Positions 43,375 to 52,553 of a DNA stretch of 61,821 bases are shown here, in pieces. Position 1 is the first letter of the stretch, and each line of letters begins with the position of its first letter. The translations under genes and the position numbers were made by a program. The notes beneath the pieces were generated by a model that searched no databases, was not told where the DNA came from, and saw only the letters and a program-made list of their open reading frames with translations. Where the stretch lies: contig CAYYLO010000005.1 in NCBI GenBank assembly GCA_964472675.1, positions 1 to 61,821 of the forward strand, in the 5' to 3' direction. Source of the DNA: an uncultured Gammaproteobacteria bacterium. GTDB lineage: Bacteria > Patescibacteriota > Microgenomatia > UBA8517 > UBA10165.

Positions 43375-45141
43375 CTAGGGGGTTACGCCCCGCAAGTATA
43401 TTGCTTGCCAGGAGCGGTAATTTGAATAGAAGGTTCTGTTTTGCAAAACCTCACCATTTCTGGTGACTTTATAGTCAAACGCCGCTTTTGTCCCCGGGGC
43501 GGCAAAGTCTACCTGTTTTATCACACCTGGCGCAAGTGTGGGGTCATCCTGATAAAGGGGTGGGGGAGCAGAGACGACGTCCCAAATTCTGTGATTTAAA
43601 ATCTGAGACACTCTTCCGTCAGAAGTTCCATAGAGCTCAAATACAAGCGCCATCTTTTTTGTATCAGTTGAAGTTTGAATAAGAATGTTAGCCGGCGTAT
43701 CGTTTTGAATTCTTAGGTCGGTACCGGGAGAATAAACCGTGGCGTCGATACCGGGCTTAGTATCTTCTTCGTAATAATGAACACGATAGGCGTGAGGATG
43801 GCGTTCGGTTATGGGAAGTCCTGCATTTAAGGCTGCACGGAAAAGTGTGGTTGAAACCTGGCAAACACCGCCGCCATCACCCAAAACTGTTTTTCCGTCT
43901 TTTATGACATAAGCCTGTTGGTAGCCTGTGTAAGCGGACACGTCTCCAAGGGCGTTATTAAAAGAAAAGGTTTCTCCTGGCTTTATTAAAAGCCCATTAA
44001 GTCTGCTTGCGGCCAGCGTTACATTGTGTACTCTTCCGGGTATAGAGCCGGCAAAAAGCGAAGTGCCGCGACCAATAAGCTCTTTTATCCCCAAATTGTT
44101 TACCTCACTGGTTCCCACCTGAGGCTCTTTTCGATTAACCGGAATTTCGACTTTGGTTGCTTTTGCCTCACTGACTATTAGGTTTTCCACACCTGCCTTT
44201 AATCTGTTGCCCAATTCAACTTTGTTGGTTTCCAACCCGTCTTTTCCGGGCGCAAATTCTTTCACTTTTCCATCCTCAAACACCAGGCGGGCGTTTTGTG
44301 GTTCTGTATCAACTGAAGAGGCAATGTTATTAATTAATGAAGCCAGCTTTTCTTCTTTGACACCATTCGGGGTCAAAAGAGGCAAAATATCCGCAGCTTT
44401 GTAGGTAAAATCTTTGTAGTCGACTGAAAGCTGTAGCGATTTGCCGACTATATTTTGCGCCCTCACCTTAATTTCTTCTGCTTCAGTATCAGAAAGTTGA
44501 GCTTTAGTCTTTTTTAGTGGAATGCTAATAGAGTTACTGTTTTTATACTTTAAACTTTCCAGAACTTGCTCTCTAAGCTTTACCTGGTCAACTTCAATAC
44601 CATCTTTACCTTTGTTGACAATGATTGCGTTTTTTTCAATTATCAGAGTAGGTTCTGTGGGTGGAACACCAATCTGGTCGGCTATGTCGGCCAAACTTTT
44701 ATCAAGGGCCTCCTGGCGTAAGGAGTATGCATAAGGCAGGTTGGGTTTCTGAACTAAGGAGGACACTTTAGCCAAAAGTCTATCCTCAAAACTGCCAGTG
44801 CGGCCAACAGCGTATGCTGCCTCTACGGATTGTTCATAATTGTAATTAACTTCCACGTCCAGTGACATTTGGATTTTAGGGTCATCAGCCACCAAAGTCA
44901 GGCCGGGGGGCTTGTTCTCGGGTAATAGTAGTTTTAGAGCCTGCTCTTTGGTTTTTCCTGATAAGTTAATTCCTGCCAGCTGTACGCCGGGGAAGATTTT
45001 ATTAAAGAAATAAATAGTGTAGACGGCAGTTAAAATTGCCAGGAATAAAAATGTCCAAAAAAGAGTTTTCAAAACAAGCGCTTTGATAGAAGATGGAACG
45101 ACATCTTCCTTTAATGGCGGAATACTAATTGGCACACCCAT
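43375..45141 (-). CDS. VanW family protein with peptidoglycan-binding repeats
   Basis: N-terminal TM, ETFSFN, GGGVCQVSTTLFRA, DATV. Confidence 0.92.
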   Translation of the reverse strand: MGVPISIPPLKEDVVPSSIKALVLKTLFWTFLFLAILTAVYTIYFFNKIFPGVQLAGINLSGKTKEQALKLLLPENKPPGLTLVADDPKIQMSLDVEVNYNYEQSVEAAYAVGRTGSFEDRLLAKVSSLVQKPNLPYAYSLRQEALDKSLADIADQIGVPPTEPTLIIEKNAIIVNKGKDGIEVDQVKLREQVLESLKYKNSNSISIPLKKTKAQLSDTEAEEIKVRAQNIVGKSLQLSVDYKDFTYKAADILPLLTPNGVKEEKLASLINNIASSVDTEPQNARLVFEDGKVKEFAPGKDGLETNKVELGNRLKAGVENLIVSEAKATKVEIPVNRKEPQVGTSEVNNLGIKELIGRGTSLFAGSIPGRVHNVTLAASRLNGLLIKPGETFSFNNALGDVSAYTGYQQAYVIKDGKTVLGDGGGVCQVSTTLFRAALNAGLPITERHPHAYRVHYYEEDTKPGIDATVYSPGTDLRIQNDTPANILIQTSTDTKKMALVFELYGTSDGRVSQILNHRIWDVVSAPPPLYQDDPTLAPGVIKQVDFAAPGTKAAFDYKVTRNGEVLQNRTFYSNYRSWQAIYLRGVTP

Positions 45142-45161
45142 ATGATACCATGTAACAAGCT

Positions 45162-46592
45162 ATGGAGCCTCAAGAATTAGTGGAAAGTGACGAGGGGGAA
45201 GTGATGAATCAAAATACGGGAGAGGGTGTGGCGCCGCCTGCAACGCCACCTGCGCCTGTTTTGGGGCAAGCCCCAAAAAGAAAACTTCCCATATTTCTGG
45301 TTTTGGGGGTAATTACCGGGTTAGTTCTAGTTTTGGCTTCTACCTGGGGAGTTAAATACTTTTTAACAAAGCAAAACAATACAAAGAATAAACCTGTTGA
45401 GATTATATGGTGGGGGACAGAGCTTGAGCAAGCGGCAGTTGCCCCCATAATTGAAGAGTATGAGAAGAAAAATAATGTCAAAGTGGTTTATGCGAAACAG
45501 GACGCGCAAGACTACAAAGACAGGCTAAAAAGTTTACTAAACAAAGAGAATGGGCCTGATATTTTTGAAATACACAACACTTGGGTGCCGATGTTTACCA
45601 CGGATTTAGATCCGTTGCCGGCAATCACGATGGCGCCTGACGTCTACAAAAAGACATTCTACCCCGTTGTTGTGCGCGATCTAACTTTGGGCTCAGCCTT
45701 TGCTGGCATCCCCCTCAATTTTGACGGTTTGGCTTTATTGACAAATACAGCGATTTTAGAAGAGAAAAATGCTTTACCCCCAAAAGATTGGAATGAACTT
45801 GTCGCTTTGGCGAAAACTTTGACGATAAGAGATGAAAATAAAAGAATAACAAGAGGTGGAATAGCTATGGGTACTACTCAGAATGTTAACCATTGGGAAG
45901 ATGTGCTTTCCTTGATGTTTTTACAAAGTAAGATTGATCCAAAAGACCCTAATACCGCAGGCACAATAGGCGTTTTGGAAACTTTTTTAAATTTCAGTGG
46001 GGAAAATGGTTATTGGGATAGTTCTCTGCCAAACTCGCTTGATGCTTTTTCTCAAGGGAGAGTAGCTATGTATATTGCTCCAGCTTCTGAGGTTTTTAAA
46101 ATTGTTAAAACAAACCCGGCTCTTGTATTCAAAGTTAGTATGGTGCCTCAGTTGCCGAAAATTAATACTACCCCTCAGGATATAAATTTTGCGTCATATA
46201 AGGTAGAAAGTGTTTCAAGTAAAAGTAAACACAAAAAGGAAGCCTGGGAATTTTTAAATTTTGCAACGTCAGTTTCTGTTTTGCCTGTTTTACAAGCTAA
46301 TCAAAAAATAGCCGGAGGCAGGGCATTTCTTCCTTCAAGAGTAGATTTGGCAGGGAATTATTCAAGTGACCCTATTCTGGGAGTTTACACACAGGAGGCA
46401 TTAAGTGCCCATTCTTCTTATCTGTCCTCAAATACCAACGATGGTTTTTCCGGTATCAACTCAAAATTTTCTGCTGCTTATAAGGTTGCCCTAGAAGAAG
46501 TGGAGAAACGTTATACTATAGAAAATATTTTAAGTAGCTTGACTGGCAAAATTGGTCAAATTTTAGCTTCCTATCCGGCTCCAAATAAATGA
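45162..46592 (+). CDS. Membrane-anchored extracellular solute-binding protein (carbohydrate-type)
   Basis: TM, GPDIF, IPLNFDGLALLTN, PPKDWNE, FSQGRVAM, AWEFLNF. Confidence 0.85.
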   Translation: MEPQELVESDEGEVMNQNTGEGVAPPATPPAPVLGQAPKRKLPIFLVLGVITGLVLVLASTWGVKYFLTKQNNTKNKPVEIIWWGTELEQAAVAPIIEEYEKKNNVKVVYAKQDAQDYKDRLKSLLNKENGPDIFEIHNTWVPMFTTDLDPLPAITMAPDVYKKTFYPVVVRDLTLGSAFAGIPLNFDGLALLTNTAILEEKNALPPKDWNELVALAKTLTIRDENKRITRGGIAMGTTQNVNHWEDVLSLMFLQSKIDPKDPNTAGTIGVLETFLNFSGENGYWDSSLPNSLDAFSQGRVAMYIAPASEVFKIVKTNPALVFKVSMVPQLPKINTTPQDINFASYKVESVSSKSKHKKEAWEFLNFATSVSVLPVLQANQKIAGGRAFLPSRVDLAGNYSSDPILGVYTQEALSAHSSYLSSNTNDGFSGINSKFSAAYKVALEEVEKRYTIENILSSLTGKIGQILASYPAPNK

Positions 46593-46599
46593 AGTTCAT

Positions 46600-46654
46600 T
46601 GTGGATAAGTATGTTGAAATGTGGTGGAAAGCGTTCTTTGCAGGCTGTGGATAT
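46600..46654. promoter_or_regulatory. Co-oriented DnaA-box cluster between convergent genes
   Basis: TGTGGATAA 46600 (perfect), TGTTGAAAT 46612, TGTGGATAT 46646. Confidence 0.55.
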
Positions 46655-46662
46655 TTTGTTGA

Positions 46663-47061
46663 CTACTTGAGTTTCTTTTCAAACGAGACAACTCCGCCGG
46701 ACTTTAATGTAAAGTCGACATTTAGTCTAACACCTGTTACGTTTTTGTGATAAGTACACACATTTTTAGAACATGTCCCAAACAACAGACTTCGGGATAA
46801 TGATTTGGTTCCGGACTTTACTTTTATCGTTCCACTAGCTCCCTGTGGTCCGCCTTTTGAGTCGTAGGTTAGGGTGTAGCGAATGGATTTTGTATTAGTC
46901 AGGTTTGTAAATTTAACTGAGGCCGACTTGCGGTTTTTGGTGATGGAGGCAGAAACCGTGGGGGATTTACCTCTGGTGCTGGATTTGGTTTGTGCAGAGG
47001 CAGTTTGCGATAGCAAGAGAAAACAAACAATAAAGGATAGAAAAACCAGGAGGAGTTTCAT
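46663..47061 (-). CDS. Secreted basic hypothetical protein
   Basis: Signal peptide; LLFGTCSKNVCTYH. Confidence 0.75.
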   Translation of the reverse strand: MKLLLVFLSFIVCFLLLSQTASAQTKSSTRGKSPTVSASITKNRKSASVKFTNLTNTKSIRYTLTYDSKGGPQGASGTIKVKSGTKSLSRSLLFGTCSKNVCTYHKNVTGVRLNVDFTLKSGGVVSFEKKLK

Positions 47062-47840
47062 CTTAGCAGTAGTTGGAATACGACAGTGACTGTTTTGCCT
47101 GTGGTTGTGGATCCCGGCTCTGTGGGTATTCCGCCTCCACCTATCCCTTCTCTTGCAAACAAGGGTGTTGTGGAGGATTGAAAGCCTTCTGTGACACTAA
47201 TTACCTTTCCAAGTTTACCGCCTGAGGACGTGGCAACTGTGGCGGCTTTTTTCTTTGCGTCTTCGATTGCATCTTGCAATAGCTGGTTTTCAGCATCTTT
47301 AGAGTTTTCCAGGGAGAAATTTGGTCCATACACATTATTTGCTCCGCTGGAGGTTAACAAATTCGCCAGTTCCGAAGCGCGGTTTATGTCGCGCAAGGTC
47401 ACTTGAATGGAATTAGAAACCTGCCATTGGCCTGGCCTGGTTTTTTGTCTGCCATCTGTGTCGTAATAGCTTTCCTGGTTTTGGTAAACACTTATGTTTT
47501 GAGTCTGAATATCCTCACTTTTAATACCAAAATCTTTAACAGACTTGATAATACTTTCCATTTTTTTATTAACCTCTTCTACTGCCTTGTCTTTATCGTC
47601 ATTGGTTACGCTCACGCCCGCTGTAAAGTTGGCCACCTGGTTCTTTTGGCTTGTTTGTGATTGCCCAAGAACAGTAATAGTTTTTCCGGGAGTAAAGTGG
47701 ATATTGCCCCAGTCAATTCGGCTTAGAGGCAAAATAAAAAGCGCAGCAAAGAAGACGCCAACGCCAATCACAAAACCCAAAAGTGCGCGATTTTCCATGG
47801 GGACTAATATAGAGCGTAGCATAATTTGATTGTTTGTCAA
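47058..47840 (-). CDS. SIMPL/DUF541 family protein
   Basis: ITVLG, DIQTQNISV, AIEDAKKKA, LGKVISVTE. Confidence 0.9.
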   Translation of the reverse strand: MTNNQIMLRSILVPMENRALLGFVIGVGVFFAALFILPLSRIDWGNIHFTPGKTITVLGQSQTSQKNQVANFTAGVSVTNDDKDKAVEEVNKKMESIIKSVKDFGIKSEDIQTQNISVYQNQESYYDTDGRQKTRPGQWQVSNSIQVTLRDINRASELANLLTSSGANNVYGPNFSLENSKDAENQLLQDAIEDAKKKAATVATSSGGKLGKVISVTEGFQSSTTPLFAREGIGGGGIPTEPGSTTTGKTVTVVFQLLLR

Positions 47841-47912
47841 ATTGCGGCTTTACATTTCTCACACATTTCTTATAATTTTAGTCTAATATCGGGACAATAG
47901 CCTGTAAATATT

Positions 47913-48584
47913 ATGGTTTCTAAAATACTTTTAGTTGAGGATGATAAGGATCTCCAGGATTCCCTGAAGGAACTTTTTACAGCAGAAGGATTTTTTGTAA
48001 AAACAGCCTCTGATGGTGTTGAAGCGCTCAAAGTTATAAACAAGGGAGAATTTGATTTGCTAATTCTGGATTTGGGTTTACCTGTAATGAGCGGAGAGAG
48101 TGTTTTGATGGAGGTACGGAAAAAGTATCCTGAGATTCCTGTTGTTGTTCTCACGGCTCGTGATACCACCTCTGATGTGATTAGAGGATTAAATTTGGGT
48201 GCCGACGATTATGTAACTAAACCTTTTGTGGCTGATGAGTTAATAGCGCGGGCCAAAGCCAGGCTAAGGTCTCGTCAGTCCGGAGAGCAAAAGATGAAAG
48301 TGGGAGATTTGGAGCTTGACCCAACTACATTTGAAGTCAAGCGAGGTGGAAGGCTTATTAGTTTAACACCTCAGGAATTTAAATTATTACAATACCTTAT
48401 GGCCAACCAAGGGCGAGTGCTGACGCGTGACGCTATATTAAACCGGGTGTGGTTCTATTCCCCTGAAGTTGAAACCAGAGTTGTAGATGTCTATATCGGT
48501 TATCTTCGCAAAAAGGTAGATAAAGGTTTTAAAAGAAAACTTCTTTCGTCGGTACGCGGTTTTGGGTATGTCCTTAAGGAGTAG
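47913..48584 (+). CDS. OmpR/PhoB family response regulator
   Basis: ILLVEDD, LDLGLP, LTARD, GADDYVTKPF, winged HTH VDVYIGYLRKK. Confidence 0.97.
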   Translation: MVSKILLVEDDKDLQDSLKELFTAEGFFVKTASDGVEALKVINKGEFDLLILDLGLPVMSGESVLMEVRKKYPEIPVVVLTARDTTSDVIRGLNLGADDYVTKPFVADELIARAKARLRSRQSGEQKMKVGDLELDPTTFEVKRGGRLISLTPQEFKLLQYLMANQGRVLTRDAILNRVWFYSPEVETRVVDVYIGYLRKKVDKGFKRKLLSSVRGFGYVLKE

Positions 48585-48601
48585 AAATTAAAAAAAAGCC
48601 C

Positions 48602-48631
48602 AAAGGTTTTTGAGTTTGGAGACCTTTTTTT
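48602..48631 (+). terminator. Probable intrinsic terminator
   Basis: AAAGGTTTTT/GGAGACCTTT stem (G.U pairs) running into a T tract. Confidence 0.45.
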
Positions 48632-48692
48632 CTTAAATTTCAAAAAACATCTAGGGCGGACTTCGTTCGCTATATATACCCATAAGGCTTGC

Positions 48693-48995
48693 TTATTCGA
48701 CAGGTGCAGTAAAAAGGTTATACAAATGTTCCGCTAGAGTGCCCTTAAGGAGATTGCGAACCCTGTTTGTTTTTCCGGGTGAATTGTTTGTATCCAATGT
48801 CTGGTTGTAGTTGTTTGGCTGGTAAGAGGCGGGGTGGATAAAGGGTTGGATTGGTTTTATTTGCGAGTGGTAAACCCTTTTTACAGAAGAGTGTAGAGCT
48901 ACACTATTTTGAACGACCACCATCTCATAGGGAAAGTAGGCGATATGAGTTGATGGATTCAAACTAATTTTATGTCGTCCGGGCAGAAATTTCAT
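48693..48995 (-). CDS. Hypothetical protein
   Basis: 100-aa ORF filling the gap, no motif recognised. Confidence 0.45.
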   Translation of the reverse strand: MKFLPGRHKISLNPSTHIAYFPYEMVVVQNSVALHSSVKRVYHSQIKPIQPFIHPASYQPNNYNQTLDTNNSPGKTNRVRNLLKGTLAEHLYNLFTAPVE

Positions 48996-49054
48996 AAGCT
49001 ATATAAGTTGTAAGCGAATACTACTTCTAAATTTTTAAAGTAGTGGTAAAATTC

Positions 49055-49131
49055 GGTAAGAACCTGGTAAACCAGAACCTTGTTGTTCGCAGATTCACAA
49101 TAAGAACCTTGGAAGAAGACTTATGAGAACC
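49055..49131. repeat. AGAACCT-rich repeat, copy 1
   Basis: 49055-49109 matches 49805-49859 with 2 mismatches in 55 nt. Confidence 0.85.
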
Positions 49132-49135
49132 TTTT

Positions 49136-49384
49136 TTAGGTGTTTTTGGGGTTTTTGAGAGATTTTCGTATTGTTGTTGCAAAATCACTTAGAAGGTCCA
49201 GAGCTCGATCGAGGTTGGATTGGATTTTGCCAACATAATTTATACAGGCTTCTGCGTCCGGGTTTTTTTGAAGTTGTAATGTCAAAAGATGGCTGAAAGT
49301 TTTTACGTTTGTTAGTGGTGTTTTTAAGTCATGAAGAGCCTGGTCGAAAGTTTCTGCATCAAGTTGATCTTGTTGGTTAGACAT
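49136..49384 (-). CDS. Stand-alone HisKA (DHp) domain protein
   Basis: ALHDLKTPLTNV H-box and two helices; no HATPase domain. Confidence 0.75.
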   Translation of the reverse strand: MSNQQDQLDAETFDQALHDLKTPLTNVKTFSHLLTLQLQKNPDAEACINYVGKIQSNLDRALDLLSDFATTIRKSLKNPKNT

Positions 49385-49478
49385 TTTACTTTAACTAGTA
49401 TACCTGGTAAAAATACCCTCGACCACACCCTTCCTCCTTGCGCTTAACAAGCACACTTGGTGGCCTGGACAGTTTTCC

Positions 49479-49730
49479 TCAGGCTCGCGAGAGCGTCCGT
49501 CCCACGAACAGCAATACTAATGCTCCGCCAATTGCTACCAAAATGGAAGGCATATCAAAACCCGTAATTCCCCGACCTAGTAACATGCTTCCTAAAAATC
49601 CTCCCACAAGCGCACCTACAACACCTAAAACAATTGATCCCAACAGCCCGCCCTTGGAAGGTCTACGGTCAATTATGTTAGCTATGGTTCCTACAATAAG
49701 GCCAAAAGCTACCCAACCCAAAATACCCAT
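49479..49730 (-). CDS. GlsB/YeaQ/YmgE stress-response membrane protein
   Basis: WVAFGLIVG...LGVVGALVGG...AIGGALVLL; AGGAGGTGA upstream. Confidence 0.9.
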   Translation of the reverse strand: MGILGWVAFGLIVGTIANIIDRRPSKGGLLGSIVLGVVGALVGGFLGSMLLGRGITGFDMPSILVAIGGALVLLFVGRTLSRA

Positions 49731-49804
49731 ATGTTTTTATTAAAAACTCACCTCCTTTTATTAAAAGATGGTGACACCCGAGGGTTAAAACCCTGGCAAT
49801 AACA

Positions 49805-49877
49805 GGTAAGAACCTGGTAAACCAGAACCTTGTTGTTCGCAGCCTCACAATAAGAACCTGGTAAACCAGAACCTTGT
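49805..49877. repeat. AGAACCT-rich repeat, copy 2 with internal duplication
   Basis: TAAGAACCTGGTAAACCAGAACCTTGT at 49807 and 49851 (44-nt period). Confidence 0.85.
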
Positions 49878-49881
49878 GTGG

Positions 49882-51282
49882 CTAAATATTTGCCAAAGTT
49901 TGAAGTGTCTGGGTAAGTTGGGAAGCGGGGATAGTCTTGACGTTTTTGAGATGGCTTGGGTTGTCCAAATAACGCCACAGGATTTTATACGTGTCAAAGT
50001 CAAATGTATTTTTGCAGTTTTTATCCAAAAGACACCAGTCATTAACTATAAGTGTGGCAAACTTTTCCAAAGTGGGGTGCTTTTCTTCTATGGCAACTGG
50101 TCCGGCAAAAGGCCAGGGTTTAACTTTTGTTTTGGAAAAACTTTGAGCAAAACGTATGTTGTAGCGCAAAGCATCTTCGCGTCCGCAACAAGCACCCTTA
50201 CACCAACCTAAACTATAAGCAAAACAGGACCCTCTGGGGTTTTCCAGCCCTAAGAGTTTATGGCAAAGGTTATGCTCGCGCGAGAGTTGATGTAAAAACT
50301 CTTTGGCCTGGTGGTGAGATCTGAAGACAGACAAGACCCCTTGCGCTTTGTGGGGTTGAAGTTTATCGACAGTTTCCAAAACGACTGTGTCAAAACCGCC
50401 AAAGGTGGAATGTTTTGCTACAACAAGCTGGCGGGTTATTCTTAGCTTGCGGTTGTATACGGGTTGAATTTTCTTAACCAGTGACGCCTCGCAAATTAGA
50501 GCTGAAAGTTCTCCGGCTGTGGGAATGACCTCAATTCTATGGGTTTGCTGGCAGATTTTCATTTCTCTGGGAGAGGTGTGGTCATTGGAAAAGTGAGAAA
50601 GCACGCGGTTTTTGATGTTTATGCTTTTGCCAACATAAAGCGGCATATCATTTTCGCCATAGAAAATGTATACTCCTGGCGCAGAAGGTAGATTGCCCAC
50701 AAGAGAATCTTTCAGGTGGGGTGGTAGGGCTGGTCTGGCCGAGATCTTTTTAACAGCCTCGACCAGTTTTTTTCTTCCGTGCTCTTTGGTTAGCAACTGA
50801 TAGAAGTTCCAAAGCACTCCAGCATCTCCCAAAGCTCTGTGGCGGGCAGAGCAGGCGATGTTAAATTTTTCAATAATACTATCCAGGTTGTGGTACTTTC
50901 GTCTGGGGTAGAAATATCTTGACAACTTAACGGTGCAAAAATGTTTTGAGCGAAAATTAATCCCGAAGCGCTTAAACTCGTTTCTTAAAAAGCCGTAATC
51001 AAACCGGACGTTGTGGGCAATAAATATAGAACCTTGAAGATGGCTTAATATCACTTCTTTGACTTGAGAAAATGTGGGGGCTTTTTCAAGTTCTTGGGTG
51101 TTTATGCCAGTTATACCCTCAATAAAGGCAGGAAGGTATGTTTCAGGATTAATAAGTGTAGAGTATGTATTTACCAGCTTGCCATTTTCTACACGCAAAA
51201 TCCCAACCTCGATAATGCGATCATTGTAAATACTTGTTCCAGTAGTTTCTATGTCGACAAAAGCTAGTTTGGACAGATCCAT
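49882..51282 (-). CDS. DEDDh exonuclease fused to GIY-YIG (Cho/UvrC-like) nuclease
   Basis: FVDIETTG, HNVRFD, HRALGDA; PGVYIF..LYVGKSINIKNRVLSHF. Confidence 0.92.
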   Translation of the reverse strand: MDLSKLAFVDIETTGTSIYNDRIIEVGILRVENGKLVNTYSTLINPETYLPAFIEGITGINTQELEKAPTFSQVKEVILSHLQGSIFIAHNVRFDYGFLRNEFKRFGINFRSKHFCTVKLSRYFYPRRKYHNLDSIIEKFNIACSARHRALGDAGVLWNFYQLLTKEHGRKKLVEAVKKISARPALPPHLKDSLVGNLPSAPGVYIFYGENDMPLYVGKSINIKNRVLSHFSNDHTSPREMKICQQTHRIEVIPTAGELSALICEASLVKKIQPVYNRKLRITRQLVVAKHSTFGGFDTVVLETVDKLQPHKAQGVLSVFRSHHQAKEFLHQLSREHNLCHKLLGLENPRGSCFAYSLGWCKGACCGREDALRYNIRFAQSFSKTKVKPWPFAGPVAIEEKHPTLEKFATLIVNDWCLLDKNCKNTFDFDTYKILWRYLDNPSHLKNVKTIPASQLTQTLQTLANI

Positions 51283-51342
51283 TTAAAAAAGGCAACAAAA
51301 AGTTAATGCGCGAGAATTGTAGCACACAGTCTGGAAAACCAC

Positions 51343-51379
51343 TTGACACAAATTGGCACTCGTGTTATGTTATTGCTAA
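51343..51379 (+). promoter_or_regulatory. Sigma70 promoter overlapped by a CIRCE (HrcA) operator
   Basis: TTGACA 51343, TATGTT 51366; TTGGCACTC-N9-TATTGCTAA 51353-51379; SD AGGAGGT 51391. Confidence 0.75.
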
Positions 51380-51405
51380 CTAGTAACAAAAGGAGGTGAG
51401 AAATA

Positions 51406-51846
51406 ATGGCATTGATTCGCTGGAATCCTTGGAACTTGTCTTCGCTTCTTGAAGAAGACTGGGATTTGCCCACCATTCCTGGACTGTCCCGCTTGGGGCA
51501 GGGCTTAAACATTTACGAGACAGAAAACGAGTTAGTTGCCGAAGCAGCTCTTCCGGGAGTACCTGAGGACAAAGTTGACGTAAGTGTTGATGACAACATT
51601 GTTCGTATAACTGCATCTGTTCGGGATAAGCAGGAAGAAAAGAGCGATAGGCGTTATTTTATGACGTCCATGGCTTCGAATTACAACTACTCCTTCCGCT
51701 TGCCGGAGGGAATAGTGGCAAATACAGAACCAGGTGCAGAACTTGGGAATGGAGTCTTGACCCTCCGCTTTGCAAAAGTAAAAAAGGCTCCTCCAAAAAA
51801 GATTCAAGTTAAGCCTCGTGCAAAAGAGGCGGTAGTGAAAGAGTGA
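51406..51846 (+). CDS. Hsp20/alpha-crystallin small heat shock protein
   Basis: LNIYETENE..AALPGV, YSFRLP, NGVLTLRFAK, KIQV. Confidence 0.92.
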   Translation: MALIRWNPWNLSSLLEEDWDLPTIPGLSRLGQGLNIYETENELVAEAALPGVPEDKVDVSVDDNIVRITASVRDKQEEKSDRRYFMTSMASNYNYSFRLPEGIVANTEPGAELGNGVLTLRFAKVKKAPPKKIQVKPRAKEAVVKE

Positions 51847-51873
51847 GTAGCTCACACAAGAAAAGCGCAAGCG

Positions 51874-51895
51874 AACCCGAGGCCGGCCTCGGGTT
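51874..51895. terminator. Bidirectional terminator-like palindrome
   Basis: Perfect 22-nt AACCCGAGGCCGGCCTCGGGTT between convergent genes. Confidence 0.65.
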
Positions 51896-51968
51896 TCTTG
51901 TGGGATTATTTGGTTCCATCCAAACTCTTGCTTCTTCAATTCTCCACAAATACGCTAATAAGTAGATT

Positions 51969-52553
51969 TCAAATAGCTCTCAAAACGAAACCTTTTGACT
52001 GGCCGAATTGAAGAAAACCGGAGATATCCAAAATTGTGTTTTTGATATTCGATTGTTCAAATACAGTTCTGTCAAGATTTGTATCCGACAAGTTGGTTCC
52101 CTCAAGATTACATTTTTCAAAAACAGTTTCTTCTAAGTTTGATCCATGATAATCGACACCTGCCAGGTCACAAGATATAAACACAGTTCTTGCGAGATTT
52201 GTTTTTACAAAAGTACAGGATTTTAAGTCGAAATTTTTCCTTGCGCCTTTATTGCTAGCTTTAAATTTTTGGAAAATGCAGTTGACTAAGGAAGAACCTG
52301 TAAGGTCACATTTCTCAATACTAGCTTGGGCAAAATTCAGGTTGCTAAAACTACATTCCTTAAAGGTACATTGGGAAAGGTTAGTAATCTCAAAAAGATC
52401 GCCCTGAAATTCGCAAGCAGAAAAAGTACAGCTGTCAAAATTTACAAAATGTAGACTAATGTTTACAAACTTGCAGTTGGTAAAAGTGTTCTGCGCAAAA
52501 TCTTGTCCACTCAACTCTTTTGTCGTAAACACCTGGTTTTTATATTGGTTCAT
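51969..52553 (-). CDS. Pentapeptide repeat protein
   Basis: FTNCK/FSACE/FKECS/LEGTN/LDRTV five-residue repeats. Confidence 0.9.
   Translation of the reverse strand: MNQYKNQVFTTKELSGQDFAQNTFTNCKFVNISLHFVNFDSCTFSACEFQGDLFEITNLSQCTFKECSFSNLNFAQASIEKCDLTGSSLVNCIFQKFKASNKGARKNFDLKSCTFVKTNLARTVFISCDLAGVDYHGSNLEETVFEKCNLEGTNLSDTNLDRTVFEQSNIKNTILDISGFLQFGQSKGFVLRAI

Noticed and set aside
9959-47829. Numerous 60-160-aa antisense ORFs in the track
   Set aside because: They overlap well-supported genes on the opposite strand and have no motifs
49055-49877. CRISPR array, integron attC sites or LexA boxes
   Set aside because: Repeat spacing encloses whole genes; no RYYYAAC/GTTRRRY ends or integrase; GAAC-GTTC spacing is 6, not the 4 of the Gram-positive SOS box
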